18,288 nucleotides of DNA from an archaeon (GTDB taxonomy: Archaea > EX4484-52 > B79-G9). Made by a program: the position numbers and the translations under genes. The stretch lies in contig JBDRKP010000006.1 in the NCBI GenBank assembly GCA_043813875.1, positions 1 through 18,288 of the forward strand, read 5' to 3'. Below the pieces are notes generated by a model. That model had not been told where the DNA came from and made no database searches. It was given only the letters and a program-made list of their open reading frames with translations. Shown here one piece after another: positions 7,166-15,237 of this stretch (position 1 is its first letter; each line of letters opens with the position of its first letter).

Positions 7166-7834
7166 TTATCCACCACAATATAATCTCGATATCGCTTCCT
7201 CAACATCATATATCGACCCGGCACAGGCATCCACACTATCAGTATGCCCCGCTTCCCTGGATACCCACATTGTCCTCATGCCCGCCCTTTTCGCCGGAAC
7301 CATATCCTTGGTGAGGCTATCCCCTACATAGACACATTCATCCGGCTCGAATCCGCACAATTTCATCGCTTTCATGAACGGCTCGATATCTGGCTTGCTA
7401 TGCGTCGTATTATCAACAGAGACAATATGCCTGAAACAGGCCTTATCAACCTGCAAAGCATCAAGAATATCATTCAGCAGCCTCTCACGGATATTAGTGA
7501 TCACACCCAACTCAAATCGATTATGCAACCTATAAAGCATCTGGGCAAGACGCTCATCAGGATTGACATACTGTTTCGGAACTACTGCCGAAAGCGCATC
7601 ATGCAGTTCCATCTTGCTTATACCGAATTCCTTGAGCACTGCCCCTTTCGTAACATGGACCGACTTATCTTTCAGGCGAGCCTTTGTCCTGGCAAACAAG
7701 TCACGAGCTTCATCATAAGAGATGCCCCTACGCTCACCCAGAAGAATTATCGCCTGCCTTGACTGCGCATCCTCAAACTCAGGATTATTATACAATGTAT
7801 CAGACACATCAAAAAATACAGCCTTTACGACCAT
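7166..7834 (-). CDS. HAD-superfamily hydrolase (subfamily IA)
   Basis: Motif I VFFDVSDTL, motif II VITN, motif III KP, motif IV YVGDSLTKD...AKRAGM. The start could be 7834, 7840 or 7855. Confidence 0.9.
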   Translation of the reverse strand: MVVKAVFFDVSDTLYNNPEFEDAQSRQAIILLGERRGISYDEARDLFARTKARLKDKSVHVTKGAVLKEFGISKMELHDALSAVVPKQYVNPDERLAQMLYRLHNRFELGVITNIRERLLNDILDALQVDKACFRHIVSVDNTTHSKPDIEPFMKAMKLCGFEPDECVYVGDSLTKDMVPAKRAGMRTMWVSREAGHTDSVDACAGSIYDVEEAISRLYCGG

Positions 7835-7896
7835 ATTCATAAAAATGCAATCCAAAAGTTATATTTGTTTCGACAGAACCAAAACAAACGACTTTC

Positions 7897-9714
7897 CTAC
7901 TTGACACACTTCTTCGCAAGCTCAATGACCCGCCCGAAATCCTCATCATTCGGCTTGTACTTGGCGAACTTCACAAGATCGCAGAGAGTGAAGCACTCCT
8001 TAAGGTCGACCACATACTTCTCCTCTTCCTTCCCCCGGACATACCTCAAGATTTCGCTGGTAGTAAGCTCCTCTTTGTCCGAAGCTATGACGTACTTAAA
8101 ATACAGGCGTACACCCTGTGAAACCAGTGTATAGGCCTCTTTTTTCTTCCCCGAATCATACATCTTTTGAGCCTTAGTTATCAGCTTCATGGCCTCCTTT
8201 CGCGCATCCAGAGGCTTCACATCAACCAGGGGAACAGCCACACGAGTGACCGCAACATCGCGCTTAAGATACCTCATATAACTATAGACACCGAGCAGCA
8301 CCAAAATCAAAAGAATCGGGATCTTCAACTTATCAAAAAGCGTCCGCCCATCCTCAAGCTCAATATCATCGATTTTGACTTCATCACCATCAAGCTGCAC
8401 GCTCCCCGTGATATTCATCGTCTCATTGCCATTGGAATATGCCAGGGAAAACGAGCTCTCATTCTTCATGAACGGCTTCAGGTCCAGATCCTTCGGCAGA
8501 AACCCCTCTGATCGCAGCTTATCATCAAGTTTCTTGAAGTCTGAACTGTTAGACAAAGCCTCCATAACCTTCTTTTCAAGAGCAGTGGACTTCATACCTA
8601 CTTGAGATACATCACCGCTCTTGATATCGCCGGTTATGTTCGCGCTCTCGCCGTCATCCCTCTTATACTGGTAATTGAACGTAGTCTCATTACGTGGATT
8701 AAGCCCTGAAAACTCTTTCTTGTCAGGCACAAAACCCTCATCCCTGAGCCTATTCTCTTCTTCCTGAAAATCCTTGTTGAGAGAAAGCTTATCATCAAGC
8801 TCACGCTTATCATCATCAGAAAGCTTCTTAATATCCTCGATCTTGCCATCCTTCATCTTGCCGGTGATCTCTCCTTTCTCGCCGGTCGGCTTCTCATACT
8901 CATACTTGAACTCAGTCTCATTATCCCTAAGATCGCTTCGTGACTTCGACTTTTCCTGGTAGCCCTTGCTTTCAAGATCTTTCTTCATGTCCTGGAAATC
9001 CTTATTTTGCGAAAGCGCATCATCCAGCTCCCGGTCAACCTTTTGCTGGGCCTCATCTGCCTCTTTTTGCTGCTGGTTCTTGACGGAACTCATATCATGG
9101 CCCGTCTGCTGCCTTGACTGGGAGATCTTATTCTGTGTCGGATCCTGCTGCTGCTTCATCTCCTCCATCTTCTCCTGGACAGACTTCTGCTCCTCTGTTT
9201 TGGACTCCTGTTTCTGCTCTTCCTCTTGTTGCTGCTGCTGCTCTTGTTGTTGAGGTTGATCATCAAACTGGCACTCGCTCTTGGTCGAAGTGCTAGAAAA
9301 AGCGTAATTCGGATTCCCACCGGTGACAGTCACTACAACTTCATTCTTGCCGGAAACAATCTCCTCTTTGCCGGTCTCTGGATTCGTATACTTGACCTCG
9401 ATTGTACCAAGAGTATAGGTACCCGGATTCTGCACCTGGATAGTCTCATATTCTGAAACACCTATAGCATTCGCAGGTATCCTGCCCTGGATACACTGGG
9501 TATCTAGCGTAGTCCCGCCGATTGAGTTCATATCCCTGATCTTCACAGTAAGTTCCTGTTCAAAAGGATTAGATATGTTCAGGAGTACCCTGACAGTTCC
9601 GCCGCTCTCGACTGACCGGGGATCAGCAATCTTGTCGATCTGCAGTTGCGCTGATGCAAAGGCTGACTGAAAAAGAATCAGAATCACAAAAAAAATAACC
9701 CAATAACGCACCAT
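7897..9714 (-). CDS. BatD-like membrane-anchored protein: signal peptide, Ig-like domain, Q/E-rich linker, three ~76-aa repeats, TM helix, cytoplasmic helical domain
   Basis: Start MVRYWVIFFVILILFQSAFASA with GGTGA SD. PGTYTLGTIEVKY beta-sandwich. TM IPILLILVLLGVYSY. C-terminal ELTTSE...DLVKFAK motif typical of Bat-operon proteins. Confidence 0.75.
   Translation of the reverse strand: MVRYWVIFFVILILFQSAFASAQLQIDKIADPRSVESGGTVRVLLNISNPFEQELTVKIRDMNSIGGTTLDTQCIQGRIPANAIGVSEYETIQVQNPGTYTLGTIEVKYTNPETGKEEIVSGKNEVVVTVTGGNPNYAFSSTSTKSECQFDDQPQQQEQQQQQEEEQKQESKTEEQKSVQEKMEEMKQQQDPTQNKISQSRQQTGHDMSSVKNQQQKEADEAQQKVDRELDDALSQNKDFQDMKKDLESKGYQEKSKSRSDLRDNETEFKYEYEKPTGEKGEITGKMKDGKIEDIKKLSDDDKRELDDKLSLNKDFQEEENRLRDEGFVPDKKEFSGLNPRNETTFNYQYKRDDGESANITGDIKSGDVSQVGMKSTALEKKVMEALSNSSDFKKLDDKLRSEGFLPKDLDLKPFMKNESSFSLAYSNGNETMNITGSVQLDGDEVKIDDIELEDGRTLFDKLKIPILLILVLLGVYSYMRYLKRDVAVTRVAVPLVDVKPLDARKEAMKLITKAQKMYDSGKKKEAYTLVSQGVRLYFKYVIASDKEELTTSEILRYVRGKEEEKYVVDLKECFTLCDLVKFAKYKPNDEDFGRVIELAKKCVK
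8350..9030 (-). repeat. Three tandem 76-77 aa protein repeats within the BatD-like gene
   Basis: Units start at 9030, 8802 and 8571. Consensus LSxNxDF..L.xxG[FY]....NE[TS].F.[YL].Y...GE...ITG. Confidence 0.85.
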
Positions 9715-9725
9715 ATCACCCGGGA

Positions 9726-10673
9726 TCAAGAAAGGATCCTGTATCTCACATACCTTAAATAAAACTCGAGAACAACAAGCATAAAAGCGAGCATGACAAA
9801 CCACACGCGCGTACTGGTCTCCTGGTCCTTGCGCTCGATCTTCTCAGAAAGCGACTTATAGATAGTATCAAGAGTCTTGTCATCTACAGACTTGAAATAC
9901 TCGCCGCCTGTCTCACTGGCGATCATCTGAAGCGTCGCCTCATCAAACTCCGCATAGACCGGCCTGCCGAACCAGTCGACTCCAAGCTGGACATTGCCGT
10001 TTGACCCCATGCCCACAGTATACACCTTGATATCCTGCGCCTTCGCAAACCCGACCGCCTCCTGTGGCGAGACAATACCAGCATTATTCACGCCGTCGGA
10101 CAGAAGAATAACTACCTTCTTCTTAGACTCAACAGAAGTCACCATGTCGATAGCAAGCGCCAGCCCGTCACCGATAGCGGTCCTGCCCTCCTGGACATTT
10201 ATGGAAGCTATATTGGCAAGCGTCCTGTCGCGCGATTTAATCATGAACGACTGCGTCGTAGCGCCCTCGGAAAAAATAACAACACCCGCCCGGTCAGTAG
10301 GCAGAAGGCTCTCGACAAATATCCACGCAGCTCTCTTTGCCGCCTCCATGCGGCTCGGCGTATAATCAGGCGCCTTCATGCTGCCGGACACATCAAGCGC
10401 AAGCACGACATTGACCCCTTCCCCCTTGTGCGGAAGAACAATATAAGGATCAGAAAGAGCGAAAACAACAGAGATGAGAATGAACATGTTCAGGTAAAAA
10501 AGCACCCTGCTCCTGTTCTGGACGCTCTTCCCGTTCATGGCAGTCTTCAGAAACGCGATATTCGAAAACTTGATAGCAGACGCCTTCTTCTTTTGCGCGC
10601 TGAAATGATACAGGTAATAGACCATCGGCACAAGCGCAAAAAGTATCATCCACTGGGGCTGTTCAAAATGCAT
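9726..10673 (-). CDS. batA: BatA-family vWA domain protein
   Basis: N-terminal BatA segment (MHFEQPQWMIL...IKFSN), MIDAS DVSGSM, TAIGDGL, ILLSDGVNNAG, VYTVGMG, TGGEYF, C-terminal TM. Confidence 0.9.
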   Translation of the reverse strand: MHFEQPQWMILFALVPMVYYLYHFSAQKKKASAIKFSNIAFLKTAMNGKSVQNRSRVLFYLNMFILISVVFALSDPYIVLPHKGEGVNVVLALDVSGSMKAPDYTPSRMEAAKRAAWIFVESLLPTDRAGVVIFSEGATTQSFMIKSRDRTLANIASINVQEGRTAIGDGLALAIDMVTSVESKKKVVILLSDGVNNAGIVSPQEAVGFAKAQDIKVYTVGMGSNGNVQLGVDWFGRPVYAEFDEATLQMIASETGGEYFKSVDDKTLDTIYKSLSEKIERKDQETSTRVWFVMLAFMLVVLEFYLRYVRYRILS

Positions 10674-11206
10674 TAGTCGCTCACCATAAACTTCTCTTCA
10701 AACTTCTCATTGAGTTTCAACATCCACGAAAAAACCTTATCAAGTATCCTGATATAATGAAGATGATACAAGACATTAAGCGGCAGTATACCGACGACCA
10801 CCCAATAGAGTTCAAGGCCAGTATCGGCAGCAAGAACATAGATAAAAGCAAGGAAAAACAGAACGACCTGCTTCACTGGATAAGGGATAGATACCCGAAA
10901 AATCCCTTTCCCGTCACTAAGCGAACGCGAGAAGACAACATACCCGAAAACAGCAGCAAAAAAGAGAGTCTCATAAACCCCAAGCTGCATGACATCAATC
11001 TTAAGATAACTCAGGTACTTAAGCACAAGTACACTGCAAAAAGTGACCATTGAAAGCAAGATCGTAAGAATGACACCTTTAAGGAAACGCATCATATCTT
11101 TCTTCTGATTATTGCTCGACAGGGCAATGACACCAAGAAGTATAGCGAAAACTACAGCAATAGACGTTACAGGTATCTGTTCCAGCGCATGAAATATAGA
11201 CGTCAT
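10673..11206 (-). CDS. Hypothetical multi-pass membrane protein (~5 TM)
   Basis: 177 aa with about five hydrophobic segments. Overlaps both neighbouring genes, consistent with translational coupling. Confidence 0.75.
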   Translation of the reverse strand: MTSIFHALEQIPVTSIAVVFAILLGVIALSSNNQKKDMMRFLKGVILTILLSMVTFCSVLVLKYLSYLKIDVMQLGVYETLFFAAVFGYVVFSRSLSDGKGIFRVSIPYPVKQVVLFFLAFIYVLAADTGLELYWVVVGILPLNVLYHLHYIRILDKVFSWMLKLNEKFEEKFMVSD

Positions 11207-12159
11207 ACAAACCCCTGCCTGTTCTTCCTGTCATTCTTCCTGTGTTTCTTCTTATGAAAATATGCGATTATCGGCTTTATCCAGCTGTCCTTTGTATTGA
11301 CTTCCACAAGATCAACCTTATGCTTTCTGAGCATCCGATGAAAATCAGACCGTTGACAAGCGACGAGACGCGAATATTCTTCAAGAAAGGAAGCATCTGT
11401 CGTATCGATCGTCAGCTGCTCGCCAGTCTCCTCATCCTCAAGCTCAATCAGGCCCCCCACATCAGGCATGACAATCTCCCGAAGATCCTCGATGCTCACC
11501 GCAATCACATCATGGCGGCAGGACATCATCTTCAGAGGCACCTCGATCCTTGATATATCATCCATGAAATCCGATATCAGAAATATGATGCTTTTCCTTT
11601 TTAATATTTTCGAAAGATAACCCATAGCAGCACGAAGATCAGTGCCCTTGCCCACCGGCTCGAACGAGGATAACGCATTGATCATCCTCAAGACATGCCT
11701 CTTTCCTTTCTTTGCAGGAAAACACCTCTCGACCCTGTCAGTCGAAAGGACAAGCCCTATGCGATCATTGTTCTTCAGGCACGCAAAAGCGATGCTGGCG
11801 ATAAGCTCGAGCCCGACATCCTTCTTGAATGCGTTCTGCGTCCCGAAATCAAGAGACCCGGAAACATCAAACACAACATAGACACAGAGATCCCGCTCCT
11901 CGATGAACTCCTTCACGAACGGGTGTCCCATCCGCGCAGTCACATTCCAGTCGATAGTCCGCACATCATCACCCACGCGATACTCCCTCACCTCACTGAA
12001 CTCGATTCCCTGCCCCTTGAAGCGCGACTTATAAGCGCCGCATATCAATGAATTTACAAGCGAATTCGTAGCAAGCTCTATTCTTTTCACTTTTTTGATG
12101 ACGTCTTTGGCGCTCCTCTTGGAAGTTGACAGCTTTGTATCTGAATCTGAATTCATCAT
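11203..12159 (-). CDS. DUF58 family protein (MoxR-associated, vWA-like)
   Basis: GAYKSRFKGQGIEFSEVREYRVGDDVRTIDWNVTAR...VKEFIEER, DVSGS, LISDF. Confidence 0.95.
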   Translation of the reverse strand: MMNSDSDTKLSTSKRSAKDVIKKVKRIELATNSLVNSLICGAYKSRFKGQGIEFSEVREYRVGDDVRTIDWNVTARMGHPFVKEFIEERDLCVYVVFDVSGSLDFGTQNAFKKDVGLELIASIAFACLKNNDRIGLVLSTDRVERCFPAKKGKRHVLRMINALSSFEPVGKGTDLRAAMGYLSKILKRKSIIFLISDFMDDISRIEVPLKMMSCRHDVIAVSIEDLREIVMPDVGGLIELEDEETGEQLTIDTTDASFLEEYSRLVACQRSDFHRMLRKHKVDLVEVNTKDSWIKPIIAYFHKKKHRKNDRKNRQGFV

Positions 12160-12310
12160 AGAAAATATATACCAGCCTGAATTTTATATGTATTACACAT
12201 AACTTATCATAGAAACTAAAGATTCGAGATTTGCTCAACTCCAAAAGAGCAAATAATATATAGTATTTCCTTCATTATGCATTCATAGAAACCGTGGAAA
12301 GGTCATCATC

Positions 12311-13354
12311 ATGACTGACGAGAGCATACGATGCAGGAATTGTGGAAGGAAAAACATAATCAAAAGAGGAAAGCGCAAAACAAAATATGGCAACAGGCAG
12401 CTATATTGGTGTAAAAGCTGCAGCAGGTATTTCGTCGATAGCAGCCTGAACAATAAGACATACGGGCCCAAAGTCATTGCAAATGCAATGAATATGTACA
12501 ATCAGGGCAATACACTTGAGGATTCAGCCCGGCATACCAATAGAAAATATAAAGTAAAGATCTCAAAAAGCTCAGTCCATGACTGGTTAAAAGAATATTC
12601 AGGCATTTTCACATACAACAGGATAAGGCCAAAAGCACTCAAAACTTATGGAAAAGATATCATTTTTGCAAAAACCTACGAGCATAATGGCCTGGATTAT
12701 GACTTCCGATATCATATCCCGAAAGTTGAGTTTCTCTGTACAGACACGTTTCCGGGACTGAAGAGCTATGTGACCGGGTTTGAAAACAGCTGCCCAAAAT
12801 TCTTCAACGATATTGATAACAGGTGCTCTCAGATGAAAATAGATATTTCGTTCAGGAAACAAGGCAAATACAATAATGCCTGCAGGCTGGCGAATTTCGC
12901 TTTGAAGACCTGCCGGAACAACAGGGAGAGGCATCCAACTGTTGAAAATATGATGCTGATCAACGATTCCTCAACAATTGCCTGCGAAGTTCCCATATGG
13001 CTATGGGAGAAGAATCTTAATGCAGGCATCAACGGCCATATTGACGTTTTGCAGGTCCGGAACGGGTTGGTCTATATTCTCGACTTCAAACCGGATGCTT
13101 TTAAGGAGAAGGCAGAGAAGGTGGCTTCGCAGCTGTTCTTTTATGCGTCGGGGCTGTCGTTCAGGACAGGGATTAAGCTTGATAAATTTAGATGCGCATG
13201 GTTTGATGAAACCGTATATTATGAATTTGACCCTTCATCTGCAAAGGTCAGGTTCCCGAAGCCATATGAGACCGCGGATTACAAGCTACTGATTCCGGAA
13301 GGAAAAGCGGCGGACTTCGTATCCGAAGTAAGATACACATTCCGGAAAAATTAG
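12311..13354 (+). CDS. IS1/InsA-like Zn-ribbon + HTH fused to a C-terminal PD-(D/E)XK (RecB/Cas4-like) nuclease
   Basis: CRNC...IIKRG...QLYWCKSCSRYF Zn ribbon. HTH ending ISKSSVHDWL. Nuclease motifs EVP, GHIDVL, ILDFKP, QLFFYA. Confidence 0.82.
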   Translation: MTDESIRCRNCGRKNIIKRGKRKTKYGNRQLYWCKSCSRYFVDSSLNNKTYGPKVIANAMNMYNQGNTLEDSARHTNRKYKVKISKSSVHDWLKEYSGIFTYNRIRPKALKTYGKDIIFAKTYEHNGLDYDFRYHIPKVEFLCTDTFPGLKSYVTGFENSCPKFFNDIDNRCSQMKIDISFRKQGKYNNACRLANFALKTCRNNRERHPTVENMMLINDSSTIACEVPIWLWEKNLNAGINGHIDVLQVRNGLVYILDFKPDAFKEKAEKVASQLFFYASGLSFRTGIKLDKFRCAWFDETVYYEFDPSSAKVRFPKPYETADYKLLIPEGKAADFVSEVRYTFRKN

Positions 13355-13472
13355 CGGCTTGTCCGGAAGTCTCATGAAAAAGAATCTGCGATGGATACCG
13401 GACGCATTAAGTTGTTAAAAACATAATGATTGGTGTTGATTTATATACGGGATCACATATTATCTATGCTCA

Positions 13473-13489
13473 AAAAAAGCGACTTTTTT
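13473..13489. terminator. Possible bidirectional T-tract terminator
   Basis: AAAAAAG-CGA-CTTTTTT gives a T-run on each strand, about 120 nt downstream of the nuclease gene. Confidence 0.3.
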
Positions 13490-14149
13490 CTTACATGACT
13501 TGAGTATCGCCTATATTCCATTGGTTCGTTCCATTGAGTTGGGTCAATTTTGTTCTGCGCCAAAATGAGTGATATTGGTTGAGCTCTTTTGATGAAGTTG
13601 GATTGTATGTGGGAAGACCGTTGTGGTAGTTGGTGACAGCTATATACGATTGTGGCAGGTTCCATGTGTTTGGAAGGGCGCTTGAGCGCAATCGGTGTCG
13701 GGTGATACCAAATGCGATATATTTCCATAAATTTTTGGTGCTATGCGTGATTTATGATGTCGGATGGATGTAAACCGTCTTGAGTAATATGGACTTTTCC
13801 AAATGGATTTATGTGTGAATTTGGTGTTTTCCATAGATGCAGGTTGAATATTGGATGAATTGGGCACATGAGCGCAAGAGATAAATTCCATCAAATGTTA
13901 GAAAAATGCCTTATGATATCGTTATAAGCGCGTTATATACACGGCATGATAGTGACTCTGATGCGCCCGAAAATTCAAATGGATGAGATGATGGAATCTT
14001 TATATAATTTATAATTCTAATTTTTGATTAGCATTTTGTTAGTTGGTTAATTATTAATATCCGGATAAGATATAGGATAATATTCGCATATACGCCCTGG
14101 AATGGGGTTATCCAGGGGATGTAGTGGGTTAGTGGAGTGGGATCGGGTA

Positions 14150-15166
14150 ATGTCGAAAGTAGTTCATGATGAAAAAGAAACAGCGGGTAAAGAAAGGTCA
14201 TTGGACGGCTACGGCCAGCTGCTGAAAGACATAAAATCCATATTGCAGCAGGGCCTGTCAAAGGCGTATAAAGCTGTTGATAATCTCAAGGTTCAGACCT
14301 ATTGGCAGATTGGCGAGCGGGTTGTAAGGGAAGAATTGAGACATGAAGAAAGGGCAGATTACGGCCAAAAAATTATTGACCATTTGGCAGAAGATCTCCA
14401 GTTGTCGCGTTCAGCGATGTTTTCCATAGTAGCATTTTACAAGACCTATCCGATTGTCCAAACACTGTCTGGACAATTGAGCTGGTCGCATTATCTTGAA
14501 CTTATCACAATTGGGGACAAGGAAAAAAGGATATTTTATGAGTTGCAGATAATTCATAACATGTGGAGTGTGCGTGAGTTAAAAAAACAAATACAAAATA
14601 ACGCCTACGAGCGGGCGAGACGTGCAGGGAAATTAACGATAACGTTACCTGTGCCGCTGAAGCCAACCCTGCCTGAAGACATCTTTAAGGATATATATCA
14701 TTTTGATTTCCTGAAGCTTGATGGCGGATATGCGGAATCCGATCTGGAAGATGGCCTGATTTCGAATATCGAGAAACTGCTTCTTGAATTTGGTTCTGAT
14801 TTCTCGCTTTCCGGCAGGCAGAGAAAAATAATAATCGACGGGCAGGCGCATGCGGTTGACCTTGAGTTCTATCACAGGGGCATTCCCTGCGTTATTCTGG
14901 TTGATCTGAAAATCGGGAATTTCAAAAGCGAATATGTGGGCCAGATGAACAAATACCTTAACTGGTACAGGGAGAACAAAAAGTACGCATGGGAAAAGGA
15001 GCCGGTTGGCCTCATAATCTGCCAGAAGAAAGGCGCTGAAGAAGTCCATTACGCGCTTGGCGGTATAAGCAACCGGATTTTCGTTGCAGAGTACAGGACA
15101 AAGCTTCCGTCCGAGGAAGATATCAAAAAAGCGCTGGTGAAGAAAGCGCCAGAATATGAAAAATGA
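14150..15166 (+). CDS. DUF1016/YhcG family PD-(D/E)XK nuclease
   Basis: YWQIGERV...DYG, LSWSHY, WSVREL, KDIYHFDFL, VDLEFYHR...VDLKIG.F...GQMN.YL. Start at 14150 (14102 also possible). Confidence 0.93.
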   Translation: MSKVVHDEKETAGKERSLDGYGQLLKDIKSILQQGLSKAYKAVDNLKVQTYWQIGERVVREELRHEERADYGQKIIDHLAEDLQLSRSAMFSIVAFYKTYPIVQTLSGQLSWSHYLELITIGDKEKRIFYELQIIHNMWSVRELKKQIQNNAYERARRAGKLTITLPVPLKPTLPEDIFKDIYHFDFLKLDGGYAESDLEDGLISNIEKLLLEFGSDFSLSGRQRKIIIDGQAHAVDLEFYHRGIPCVILVDLKIGNFKSEYVGQMNKYLNWYRENKKYAWEKEPVGLIICQKKGAEEVHYALGGISNRIFVAEYRTKLPSEEDIKKALVKKAPEYEK

Positions 15167-15237
15167 CAAAAGAAAATGATGAAATGGAAATCAAAATAGA
15201 GAAATCATTATATACACGAAGAGTCCAAGGTAATGTG

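Noticed and set aside
7165..7236. Upstream extension of the TIM ORF supplying a normal N-terminus
   Set aside because: The 24 extra residues overlap the HAD gene and contain no NxK or APP motif. Those motifs are at the C-terminus.
9715..9804. ORF-track start of the BatD-like gene at 9804
   Set aside because: It overlaps batA. The signal peptide and GGTGA SD indicate ATG 9714.
12160..13450. A complete insertion sequence
   Set aside because: No DDE domain, terminal inverted repeats or target-site duplication could be identified by eye.
13453..13894. Three overlapping short minus-strand ORFs (91, 66, 84 aa)
   Set aside because: No recognisable motifs or SD and they overlap in different frames. 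A pseudogene cannot be supported without a search.
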